Assembly (NCBI GenBank): GCA_028288925.1
Contig: JAQGHG010000019.1
Coordinates: 8,047-72,046, forward strand
Direction of reading: 5' to 3'
Source of the DNA: Patescibacteria group bacterium
GTDB taxonomy: Bacteria; Patescibacteriota; Saccharimonadia; UBA4664
Length of the DNA: 64,000 bases
The position numbers and the translations under genes were made by a program. Shown in pieces: positions 32,408-40,996 of this stretch; positions within the stretch are counted from its first letter, which is position 1, and each line of letters starts with the position of its first letter. Below the pieces are notes generated by a model. It saw only the letters and a list, made by a program, of their open reading frames with translations. It had not been told where the DNA came from and made no database searches.

Positions 32408-32860
32408 TTATTTCGCGACAATGAAGCCGCTTTTCACGTCGTCATCAAGATGGTCGTGAACGACATACGTACCGGTCTCATTCAGCACCACACTGAAACT
32501 CTGGCTCTTCTCCAACCGCTTCTCCGTCACGCCGTTGTAGGCCTTGTGGCTATCGTGCACGCCAAAAGCCATAATGCGGCGCTTATTATCCAAGTTGGTG
32601 ATAGTCAGTACATCGCACAGCTTGCCCGTAGTCTCCTGGGGGTTCATGACATCATTTTGGATCGTAACCACATGCGTCACATGTACGCCACCACACTCCG
32701 CCGGCTGCTTGGCGGCCGTCCCATGACTCGTTAGATACTGGCTAGAGAAATACTGCACCGCGAACAGCACAGCCCCACCCGCTATCACGAACCCGGTCAC
32801 CAGGACCAAGGGAAGAAGCTTTTTCATACCTCTTAATATAGCCGAAAAACCGGTAAGCAC
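32408..32860 (-). CDS. Secreted small beta-rich protein, possibly cupredoxin-like
   Basis: Signal peptide, with His/Cys/Met residues positioned like copper ligands (…HDSH…, C…, YVVHDH). The assignment is tentative. Confidence 0.45.
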   Translation of the reverse strand: MLTGFSAILRGMKKLLPLVLVTGFVIAGGAVLFAVQYFSSQYLTSHGTAAKQPAECGGVHVTHVVTIQNDVMNPQETTGKLCDVLTITNLDNKRRIMAFGVHDSHKAYNGVTEKRLEKSQSFSVVLNETGTYVVHDHLDDDVKSGFIVAK

Positions 32861-32871
32861 CTAAACCTAGG

Positions 32872-32997
32872 CTAAGAACGCCGACGCATCACGATATACC
32901 AAACCAGAAAAATCACCAGGATCACCAAAAACCCAATGTCAAACAACCCCATCGGAACGTTAGTCGGTATTGGCGCCGCCATAGATGTTGCTTGCAT
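32872..32997 (-). CDS. Small (41 aa) single-TM protein, not in the ORF track
   Basis: Sequence MQATSMAAPIPTNVPMGLFDIGFLVILVIFLVWYIVMRRRS, with a strong SD sequence (GAGGGAG) 6 nt upstream of the ATG. Confidence 0.4.
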   Translation of the reverse strand: MQATSMAAPIPTNVPMGLFDIGFLVILVIFLVWYIVMRRRS

Positions 32998-33091
32998 GAT
33001 AGCTCCCTCGCTCTAATCCTGTAATTGTCTGCACTAATTCTAGCAAACCAATGCAATGGTGATTTCAACCGCCTTCATTTAAACTTCCCAT

Positions 33092-33430
33092 ATGACAACA
33101 CCATTTTTACTCTGCGCGGCCATCACCATCACTAGCGCACTTGTAAGTCTCGGCTTCTCAATCGCAGCAGTACGTTCAGCCGAAGGCGAATCCCGCATCA
33201 ACGCACTATATGCGACCGCTCGCAGCACAGCACTAGCTGCAATTTGCCTTGTACCCCTGTTCAGCAGCTCGTACGAATGGCTGGTAGCCGTAGCCTCCTG
33301 CATGATTCTGGTGCAGGCAATCGACGCCGGCATAGGCGTGGCGCGCAAAGACAAGATGAAGACGTTTGGACCGGCAGCAACCTCCCTAGCCAACCTACTG
33401 GCGCTGATTTGGCTCATCAGCCGGCACTAA
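33092..33430 (+). CDS. Small multi-TM membrane protein (hypothetical)
   Basis: 112-aa hydrophobic ORF with consistent GC-rich third codon positions. Confidence 0.5.
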   Translation: MTTPFLLCAAITITSALVSLGFSIAAVRSAEGESRINALYATARSTALAAICLVPLFSSSYEWLVAVASCMILVQAIDAGIGVARKDKMKTFGPAATSLANLLALIWLISRH

Positions 33431-33690
33431 CGTCTACAAAAACCAACATACAATTGGAATCCCCTTTAACGGCAGTTCACCATAATCACAGATGAGGTGC
33501 AAAATTGGCAGCAGTATTTAGGAATGAGCTTATCTGACAAGAACAGCCTCAAATACATATAGAATCTACGTACCCATAAGATATAGCACCGTAATTAAGA
33601 TTAAAACAAAACCACGTCCCTCTTATGCTTGCATGAGATGATGAGTAAGCGTAGATTATAATAACAATTTTGTTATAATGAGGGCCGGGG

Positions 33691-34038
33691 ATGACAATCA
33701 TATATTGGCAGACCTCCAGAAACAGCTCACCAATAACTGATTTCATTCTTAGCGATCCAAACGCGGGGGCCCGTGTCCAACGCGTCATAGACCACTTAGA
33801 AGAGCAAGGTTTGGGGCTTCTAGGATCAAATGAATTAGCGCCCATGAATCAAAAGCACACTTACGAGCTGCGGATCAAATACAACAGGGTCGAATACAGA
33901 ATCATCGCCATCATCTTCAAAGACACCGCTTACCTACTGCATGCTTTCAAAAAGAATCAACGCAAGACCCCAAAACAGGATTTATTAACGGCAGACAAAC
34001 GTAGGGCAAGAGCAATGCAGGAACTAGGAATTAAATAG
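33691..34038 (+). CDS. RelE/ParE-superfamily toxin of the HigB/Gp49 type
   Basis: C-terminal LLHAFKKNQRKTPKQDL motif typical of Gp49/HigB-like toxins, followed by an XRE antitoxin gene. Confidence 0.75.
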   Translation: MTIIYWQTSRNSSPITDFILSDPNAGARVQRVIDHLEEQGLGLLGSNELAPMNQKHTYELRIKYNRVEYRIIAIIFKDTAYLLHAFKKNQRKTPKQDLLTADKRRARAMQELGIK

Positions 34039-34047
34039 GAGACAACA

Positions 34048-34458
34048 GTGGATATTCAAAAAGCACGTGAGCTTCTTAATAAAAATGCAGAGTTCAAACA
34101 AGCCTACAGTAAACTCGATTTATCTTATGAAATCGGCAAGATGATTATTGATGCTCGTATTGCACGCGGTCTCACCCAAGCAGACTTAGCTCAGCTGATA
34201 GGCACTAAACAACCCAGCATCGCCAGAATAGAGAGTGGCAATTCCCTACCCAGCATTACCTTTCTGGCTAAAGTGGCCGAGGCACTCGGAACACAACTGC
34301 TCCCCCCAAGACTAGAGTTTCTTGAGGCGTCAAAGATAACCACACAAAATGTAAAAGATATTCGGAATACCTGGAGCTTTCCACCAGTATCAATTGCAGA
34401 ACTATTTTTCGGGAGCACACCAAGTGAAGCAACCACCGTTAATGGAGCGATCGGATAA
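34048..34458 (+). CDS. XRE-family HTH antitoxin (HigA-like) with an extended C-terminal tail
   Basis: HTH motif LTQADLAQLIGTKQPSIARIE. At 136 aa it is about 40 aa longer than minimal HigA proteins. Confidence 0.8.
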   Translation: MDIQKARELLNKNAEFKQAYSKLDLSYEIGKMIIDARIARGLTQADLAQLIGTKQPSIARIESGNSLPSITFLAKVAEALGTQLLPPRLEFLEASKITTQNVKDIRNTWSFPPVSIAELFFGSTPSEATTVNGAIG

Positions 34459-34911
34459 ATGATTAGACACATCTGGACTGTAATTACTCAAAAAAGCTCA
34501 ATCGACCAAGAGACAAACAACCTTACTCTTGGAGAAGTTCTAGAGGAGCTCCAAGTTGGGTTTACAGGGGAAGTAAAAGACCTAACTGAAGCGGTGGTTA
34601 TACCCATGAACTTCGAAGTAGTAAGTATGTTTACTCAAACAGCAAGCAAAAAAGCCCAAGGCGGGACAGTTCAAATCAACATTTTAGACCCCCACAAAAA
34701 AGAACTCGGTAATACCGAGCAAAGAATTGAAATTCCCGCCAATTCAAGGCGACTACGATCTCGGATAAGGGCAACGGGCTTCCCTTTTACGAAGGTTGGA
34801 GATTACACATTCGAAATCAGGTTTAAAGCTGACGTCGATGAAGACTTCCAGCTAGTAGCAAATATCCCCGTAGGGGTTACGCTAAAGAAAATAGCTCCTC
34901 CCGCTAAGTAA
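34459..34911 (+). CDS. Unknown 150-aa protein translationally coupled (TAAATG) to the antitoxin; candidate third component of the TA module
   Basis: Its start codon directly abuts the antitoxin stop codon, and its GC content matches the islet. No recognisable domain. Confidence 0.55.
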   Translation: MIRHIWTVITQKSSIDQETNNLTLGEVLEELQVGFTGEVKDLTEAVVIPMNFEVVSMFTQTASKKAQGGTVQINILDPHKKELGNTEQRIEIPANSRRLRSRIRATGFPFTKVGDYTFEIRFKADVDEDFQLVANIPVGVTLKKIAPPAK

Positions 34912-34930
34912 ACGGCAAAGATCGCAGAGA

Positions 34931-34966
34931 TAAACAAAAAAGCACCTGAAATAGCTTCAGATGCTC
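34931..34966 (-). terminator. Rho-independent terminator of ssrA
   Basis: Minus-strand RNA forms GCAUCUGAA…UUCAGGUGC followed by UUUUUUGUUU. Confidence 0.6.
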
Positions 34967-34969
34967 TTT

Positions 34970-35348
34970 TGGTGGAGCTGCGGGGAATCGCACCCCGGTC
35001 CGTCAGGTTACTCGCTAGCGCACTACAGACATAGTCTACCTAAACATCTTAGCCCGTCACCTGTGAGTAGACGAAACGGTGACGAGAGCAGCCTCAAATC
35101 TTAGCTAAGTGGTAGAGACACACCGCTTAGAGCGTCCTGATAATTTGATACCAGCGAACCCCCATCAGGAGTCAGGTGCCGATAGCTTACGTTATTAGGC
35201 GTAAGCAGGAGCGAATGAAGGTACCGTAAAGGCAGCCTTCACCCGCGAAAAGAAGTTGGCAGTTAAGCTAACTAAATGGAATCTGACGTTTGCCTCCGGC
35301 CTGCGCGCATAGCTTGTAAAAGTCCCAACGTCGAAGCTGGTCAGCCCC
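34970..35348 (-). ncRNA. ssrA: tmRNA (transfer-messenger RNA, SsrA)
   Basis: The 5' GGGGCTGA pairs with the 3' …CAGCTCCACCA acceptor stem. T-arm GGGGTGCGATTCCCC. An internal tag ORF encodes …ANFFSRVKAAFTVPSFAPAYA followed by a TAA TAA double stop. smpB is present in the window. Confidence 0.85.
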
Positions 35349-35366
35349 ACGTTCAAATGAATGTAC

Positions 35367-35401
35367 GGTAGAATTATACTAAACTCCCCCACTCTACGCA
35401 A
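35367..35401 (-). promoter_or_regulatory. Putative sigma70-type promoter of ssrA
   Basis: On the minus strand: TTGCGT, a 17-nt spacer, then TATAAT, about 20 nt upstream of the mature 5' end. Confidence 0.45.
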
Positions 35402-35546
35402 CGACAAGCATAAGAAGTGTTGTAATCAAAACGACAATATGGACAAATACTCGCCACCAACTCCCAAGCTTTTTGGACCATGCGCCGAAGCTCATTCCAT
35501 GGGGCTCGGGTAACATATGTGGAGTAACCAATGGAGGAACACCACC

Positions 35547-35909
35547 ATGGCCTATCAGGATTATGACGAGAACAGCATGGATTTTAACCAGCCCGACTTG
35601 TACGCGGAAGACCCCTACGCCGGGGGCAACACCGGCAAGGACACCTTCGGCGAGCGCATCGAAGACCCGATGATGCCCGAGGACGAGGATGCCCTGACCG
35701 AAGAGGAGCTCGTAGAGCTCAACCAACCGAGGGACGAAGTAGAACAAGGCTTCGGTGAGACTCTAGACGCCAACCCACATTTGGACGAGCAGCTTGAGGA
35801 CCGAGAGCTAAACCGCCAGGCCGAGGCCGACTACAGCGAGAATAAGGACAAGAGCCTCCTCGACAAAGCCAAGGACAAGATCGAGAGCTGGACCGACAGC
35901 GACAAATAA
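35547..35909 (+). CDS. Highly acidic small protein (hypothetical)
   Basis: GGAGG Shine-Dalgarno sequence 8 nt upstream of the ATG. Asp/Glu-rich 120-aa ORF. Confidence 0.5.
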   Translation: MAYQDYDENSMDFNQPDLYAEDPYAGGNTGKDTFGERIEDPMMPEDEDALTEEELVELNQPRDEVEQGFGETLDANPHLDEQLEDRELNRQAEADYSENKDKSLLDKAKDKIESWTDSDK

Positions 35910-35940
35910 GCCGCCGCCCCGCTCGCAAAAGAAGGCCTGA

Positions 35941-36960
35941 CTAGGCCTTCTTTTGGCGTTTGGCGGCGATCACCTGCGCGTATACGTCGGTCAGCCGGGC
36001 GGCGCCCATCTTGGCATCGTAACGCTCGGCGATTGTCGCCGCCGCCTTCTGCCATTGGCGGTAATACGCGCGGTCTTTCCAGAATTTTTCAATAATAGCC
36101 TTAAACGTTTCCTCTGTGCCACGCTCGTAGCCATCACCAAACGTATCCCCGTATTGCTCCAGGTCGCGCAACAGCACCGGCAAACCAGCCGCGGCCGCTT
36201 CCACGATCACAATCCCAAACGTTTCCTGGATAGAGGGCAAGAAGTACAAATCCGCCGCCTGGTACCACCGCATCACTTCCTCGCGCTTGAGCATGCCGGT
36301 AAACCGCACATTCTCGGGGTGATGCTCCATCACCTCGGTCATCGCGCCCGACTCCGCCGCCAGCCCCTTGAAAGGCATGCCGCCAACCCACACAAACCGC
36401 ACCCCCGGCAGCCCCCGCGCGCTGTTCACAAACGTGTCCACCCGTTTGCGCGGCTGCACCTGCCCGCTCGCCAACACCACGAACGCGTCCTTGGTCACGC
36501 CCAGCTTCTCCCGCGCCGCCACCCGCGACTCCGGAGTAGTCGCGAAGTCCCGCGTGCGGATCGTATTGGGCACCAGGTACACCGGCCGCCGCACCCCCAT
36601 GGCCTTCAACTCGTCCACCACTTCCCCGCTCACCGCCAGCACGCCGTCGGCCCGGTTGTAAAACCACCGCAAATACACTTTGGCCACGCCATACCAATAC
36701 TTAGCTCCGATCAGGCTCCCCACAAACGAATCCGGCGTCACATGTGCCGACACCACCTTGACGCCCTTGCCCCACAGCAGCTTTTTGAGCGAATACGGTC
36801 CTACAGTATGGATATGCACCACGTCGGCCGGCCGGTCCGTGTTAGGTGCCACATCCCAGTCGGAATACTCCCGCAGCGCGTCGATTGTGTCGGTAAACGC
36901 ACTGTGTACCCCGTGCCCCTGCACCGTAAACGCCGATTCCGAAATAACATTTACCTTCAT
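35941..36960 (-). CDS. GT4-family glycosyltransferase (glycolipid-synthase-like)
   Basis: GT-B fold with the E(x7)E motif region (…FGIVIVEAAAAGLPVLL…). Confidence 0.85.
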   Translation of the reverse strand: MKVNVISESAFTVQGHGVHSAFTDTIDALREYSDWDVAPNTDRPADVVHIHTVGPYSLKKLLWGKGVKVVSAHVTPDSFVGSLIGAKYWYGVAKVYLRWFYNRADGVLAVSGEVVDELKAMGVRRPVYLVPNTIRTRDFATTPESRVAAREKLGVTKDAFVVLASGQVQPRKRVDTFVNSARGLPGVRFVWVGGMPFKGLAAESGAMTEVMEHHPENVRFTGMLKREEVMRWYQAADLYFLPSIQETFGIVIVEAAAAGLPVLLRDLEQYGDTFGDGYERGTEETFKAIIEKFWKDRAYYRQWQKAAATIAERYDAKMGAARLTDVYAQVIAAKRQKKA

Positions 36961-37012
36961 AACACCTATTATTGCACGCCAGACAATAGTTATGCTGTAA
37001 AATAAGAACATT
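36961..37012. promoter_or_regulatory. AT-rich divergent promoter region between two GT4 genes
   Basis: 52-nt AT-rich spacer between divergently oriented start codons. Confidence 0.35.
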
Positions 37013-38302
37013 ATGAAAATTGGTATCTTCACCGACCGCTACCTGCCCCAGACCGACGGCATCTGTTATTCCGTAGAAACCTATCGTATCGAGCTCGAAA
37101 AGCTCGGCCACGAGGTCTACGTCTTCGCCCCCAAACCCTCCTGGCGCTACAAAGAGCGCTCCAGCCGCATCATTCGCTTTGCCTCGGTAAAGGGCCTGTT
37201 CTGGGAAGATTACCTCATGACCTTTTACTTCCCGCCGCAGGCCATCAAGCAGATCGAAAAATTGAACCTAGATATTATTCACTACCAAACCCCGGGCCAA
37301 ATCGGCCTCCTCGGCGCCTATTACGCCATCCGCCACCACATTCCGCTCGTCACGACCTACCACACCGATCTCTTCGAGTACGTGAAGCACTATCCTTCGG
37401 TGCTACCTGGCACTATAGCCCTCTCACTGCTAGCGCCCGTCATCACCGGCGGCGGCATGGAAGAGTACCGCAACGCGCTATCTTCCATCAAACCCGAACG
37501 CAGCGTCGACAAATGGAACCAAAAGATCGTCGTGCGCGGCCTCACCCTCCTGCACAACCATTGCGACCTCGTCATTACCCCTTCTCTCAAAATGGAGAAG
37601 CAACTCAGGAGCTGGAAAACCACCTCGCGCCTCGCCACTCTGCCCACCGGCGTAGACAAAATTACAACGACTAAGCGCGAAATCGCCCACATTCGCAAAA
37701 AATACGATCTCCAAAAAGACGATCAAATCATCCTCTCCGTCAGCCGCATCGGAACCGAGAAAAACCTCGGCCTGATCATTGAATCATTCGATATCATCGG
37801 CGCCCGCAATCCCAACGCCAAACTGGTATTCATCGGCTACGGCGACGACCTGGAGCTTTTCAAACAACAAGCCGCCAAGTCACCCTACGCCGACCGCATC
37901 CAATTCACCGGCCAAATCGACCACCAAAAGCTAGGCGCTTTCTATAGCATCGGCTCGGTCTACGGCTGCGCCGCCCTCACCGACACCCAAGGCATGACGC
38001 TCAACGAAGCCGCCTGTGCCGGAATGCCCATCGTGATGATCGACAAGCAAGTCTCCGAAGTCATCGTCAACGGCGAAAACGGCTACTTCTCTCGCAATAC
38101 GGCCAAAGACTTCGCCGCCAAGATCCTGCAAGTGCTCAGCAATCCCAAGCTCCACGCCCGCATGTCCAAGCGCAGTATCGAGCTCGGCGCGCAAGTCTCG
38201 GCTAGCAAGCAAGCGGCAAAATTGTTACGCTTATACGAAGAAACAATACGTGATTATGAACCGCCCAAACCCCAGCTCAAATCCTTCTTCAAGCAACGCT
38301 GA
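37013..38302 (+). CDS. GT4-family glycosyltransferase (diacylglycerol glycosyltransferase-like)
   Basis: N-terminal GT4 Rossmann domain (MKIGIFTDRYLPQTDG…) and a C-terminal donor-binding domain. Confidence 0.85.
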   Translation: MKIGIFTDRYLPQTDGICYSVETYRIELEKLGHEVYVFAPKPSWRYKERSSRIIRFASVKGLFWEDYLMTFYFPPQAIKQIEKLNLDIIHYQTPGQIGLLGAYYAIRHHIPLVTTYHTDLFEYVKHYPSVLPGTIALSLLAPVITGGGMEEYRNALSSIKPERSVDKWNQKIVVRGLTLLHNHCDLVITPSLKMEKQLRSWKTTSRLATLPTGVDKITTTKREIAHIRKKYDLQKDDQIILSVSRIGTEKNLGLIIESFDIIGARNPNAKLVFIGYGDDLELFKQQAAKSPYADRIQFTGQIDHQKLGAFYSIGSVYGCAALTDTQGMTLNEAACAGMPIVMIDKQVSEVIVNGENGYFSRNTAKDFAAKILQVLSNPKLHARMSKRSIELGAQVSASKQAAKLLRLYEETIRDYEPPKPQLKSFFKQR

Positions 38303-39218
38303 GATCCGCAAGCACTACTTCCTGGACCAGTACGTGATCATTGCGCCCAAGCGCAATCTGCGACCCGACTCGTTCTCGCACGCCAGCGAGCCGCACAAGG
38401 CGCCCAGCGACCACTGCCCCTTCTGTCACAACGCCGAACCATCACTCTGGCAGCTACCCCGCGGCAAAAACTGGCGTGTCAAAGTCATCCCCAATGCCTT
38501 CGCCGCCCTTACCACCGACAATCCTCAGGCCTTCGGTATCCAAGAAGTCGTGCTCAACACGCCCGACCACACCCTCGAATTCTCCGAGCTCCCGGTCGAA
38601 CACATCCTCGAGATCTTCACTGCATACCGCCAGCGCCTCGCCGAGCTCAAGCAGCAGCCCGGCATCCGCTACGTCCTTATATTCAAGAATGACGGCCCCA
38701 TGGCCGGCGCCAGTGTCGCGCACGCCCACTGCCAAATCTTCGGCCTGCCGCTCATCCCACCCAAGCTCGAGCAAGAAGGCGACGCGCTCAACCATTACTG
38801 GGACCAGCACCAAGCCTGCGCCTACTGCCATATCCTAGACTGGGAGATCCAGCAGCGCACCCGCGTCATCACCGGCGACAAACACTTCATCGCCCTGTCC
38901 CCGCATGCCGCTAGCCACGGCTTCGAGACCTGGCTCCTCCCCCGCCGCCACGTCAACCAATTCTCTGAATTCAACCTCAGCGAGCTTCATTCACTTGCGA
39001 CAATACTCAGAAAAATAACCGCCCGTCTCGATGCGGCCGGCATAAGTTTCAACTATTTCTTACAAGAATCCCTACCCAATCAAAACCACCACTTTGTCCT
39101 AAAAATCGAACCGCGCATCACAAAATGGGCCGGCGCTGAACTTAGCACCGGCCTCATCATCAATCCCGTCACGCCAGAATACGCGACGTTATGGTATCAG
39201 GGCAAAATCAACCGATAA
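38250..39218 (+). CDS. galT: Galactose-1-phosphate uridylyltransferase (HIT superfamily); the start is uncertain
   Basis: CPFCH zinc motif and the HAHCQ (HxHxQ) active site. It overlaps the upstream GT4 gene by about 50 nt if the ATG at 38250 is used. Confidence 0.75.
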   Translation: MIMNRPNPSSNPSSSNAEIRKHYFLDQYVIIAPKRNLRPDSFSHASEPHKAPSDHCPFCHNAEPSLWQLPRGKNWRVKVIPNAFAALTTDNPQAFGIQEVVLNTPDHTLEFSELPVEHILEIFTAYRQRLAELKQQPGIRYVLIFKNDGPMAGASVAHAHCQIFGLPLIPPKLEQEGDALNHYWDQHQACAYCHILDWEIQQRTRVITGDKHFIALSPHAASHGFETWLLPRRHVNQFSEFNLSELHSLATILRKITARLDAAGISFNYFLQESLPNQNHHFVLKIEPRITKWAGAELSTGLIINPVTPEYATLWYQGKINR

Positions 39219-39518
39219 AACCCGACCCAATACTCTACGGATCAAGAATAGTGAATATGTTATGTATAGAAGCGATATACAAATAAAAACCCTAAACACA
39301 GCCTCCTACAAACAGGCTCCGCTCAGTCAATTAGCATTCGCCGCCGTTTAGCTTACGCACAGTCTAACTCCTCTCTTAGCTTAAAACACATCAATGAAGA
39401 AGAATAACAGTATCATACCTTTACTAAATAAGCAACTCAGGGTATGCTAGCAGTGAAAAATATTTTATCAGCGTCCCCTAGGCCCAGTCAATGTTAACTC
39501 TCCTAAGAATAGCCATAA

Positions 39519-40088
39519 ATGCCAACAGACCAACCCGGCACAACACTAACTTCATCACAATTTTATCCCTTTCATATATCGGATAGTCTGTGCTTAGACT
39601 CGCTAAAGTCAGCCGACGCGACAAAATTCTTCTCCTTAGTACAAAACAATAGAGACCACCTAGAGCGTTTCGATCCTTTCGTTGCCCAATATCAATCAGT
39701 CAAAGATGTTAGGGAAAGCCTGGGAAGAATACAGACCCTATATTTGAAAGGCAAAAGTCTCTCTTGTGGGATCTGGGATAAAAACGAGCTTGTTGGTTAT
39801 CTAATCTGTGGGCTCGACTGGGATGATAAATCAGCCAAAATAGGCTATGGGCTTGCCGACGGACATCAAGGTCACGGAATCATCTCTCGAGCGGCTCGAG
39901 TGGTTTTGCATCATGCCTTCTACCAGCTCGGTATAGAACGTGCCTGGCTTACTTGCTGGATCAACAATGACCGAAGCATCCGGGTGGCCGAGAGACTTGG
40001 CTTTAAACGTGAAGCTAAAACCCTACCGGTCGACCCCGCACGAAACATCGCGTATGAATCCTACAGGTATAATCTATACCGAGATTAG
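39519..40088 (+). CDS. GNAT-family N-acetyltransferase (RimJ/RimL-like)
   Basis: GNAT motif A region (…QGHGIISRAARVVLHHAF…). It lies in a low-GC segment. Confidence 0.8.
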   Translation: MPTDQPGTTLTSSQFYPFHISDSLCLDSLKSADATKFFSLVQNNRDHLERFDPFVAQYQSVKDVRESLGRIQTLYLKGKSLSCGIWDKNELVGYLICGLDWDDKSAKIGYGLADGHQGHGIISRAARVVLHHAFYQLGIERAWLTCWINNDRSIRVAERLGFKREAKTLPVDPARNIAYESYRYNLYRD

Positions 40089-40093
40089 AGTAC

Positions 40094-40876
40094 TTAGTTA
40101 AATTTTTCCGCCAACGACCAGGACATATCAAAGATGACTTTCATCGCATGCGCCAAATCCCCATTGCGAATGGTCACTCCAATAGACCGATTTCCATCGA
40201 GGGACAACATAACCACATAGTCGCCAAAAACACTAATGTCACCCGTCATAGGGTACAGGTCCAAGGGGATAAAACGTGACTCTCGATCGTGTTCCTTATC
40301 ATTGTCCCTAAGAATGGAACCGCGTATTGTTGTGTAGAGAATACGACTCTTTACGCCGTGTTTAACCCGATCGGGGTTGGGGTTGCCCATTCCTCTCTCT
40401 GGGTTGAACGCATTTACCTGATCAAGGTTGCTAAACGCGTATATATCTCGCGAGGGGCCTTTATAACTCTCAAAGAGATTAGCAAATAAAGAACGTACCC
40501 CTTCGACGGAATCGTAAAACTTTACTTCCGGCATTTCCTTCGGCACCGTCTTCAGGCTCAGTAGTTGAGGCAAAATCTGGTCAAAGCTGTGCTTTTGTTC
40601 CTTGAGCTCTTGCTCCCGCTTCTCCAGTAGGCGTTCCAGATTACTCGGCTCTTCAGCCACAAAGTAAGTCTTCTTACCTTTAATATTCTGGCTCACCAGG
40701 CCCAGGCCCACGAGCGATTCCAGAATCACGTAGGTAGTCACCCGCTTGATGCCCGATTGGTCAGCGATGCGCTGCACCGGCGAGGGCCCTAACTTCAAAC
40801 AGGCTACATACACCCGTGCCTCTTTATTGCTCAGGCCAAGCTCTTCAATATGCGATATAAGTTTTTGATCATCCAT
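40094..40876 (-). CDS. TrmB-family transcriptional regulator
   Basis: N-terminal TrmB winged HTH (LGLSNKEARVYVACLKLGP…VQRIADQSGIKRVTTY) and a C-terminal TrmB domain. Confidence 0.8.
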   Translation of the reverse strand: MDDQKLISHIEELGLSNKEARVYVACLKLGPSPVQRIADQSGIKRVTTYVILESLVGLGLVSQNIKGKKTYFVAEEPSNLERLLEKREQELKEQKHSFDQILPQLLSLKTVPKEMPEVKFYDSVEGVRSLFANLFESYKGPSRDIYAFSNLDQVNAFNPERGMGNPNPDRVKHGVKSRILYTTIRGSILRDNDKEHDRESRFIPLDLYPMTGDISVFGDYVVMLSLDGNRSIGVTIRNGDLAHAMKVIFDMSWSLAEKFN

Positions 40877-40996
40877 ATCGTAATAATAATGCTAAACATT
40901 CCGAGAAGTCAATAACCTATAACAACAAAGCTTATAAGCTTATGCTTGCGTGTTCGGTTCACGTTCGGTATATTGAACCTATTACGGAGGAAAAAT

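Larger units (their letters stand above)
33440..34930. other. Low-GC (about 43%) islet abutting the 3' end of ssrA; putative horizontally acquired toxin-antitoxin island
   Basis: A sharp drop in GC content relative to the flanks, AT-rich promoters, a toxin-antitoxin cargo, and a location at the classic tmRNA 3'-end integration hotspot. Confidence 0.5.

Noticed and set aside
35195-35407. 70-aa minus-strand ORF ending …FAPAYA
   Set aside because: This is the tag-peptide reading frame inside tmRNA extended upstream by chance. It is not an independent protein gene.
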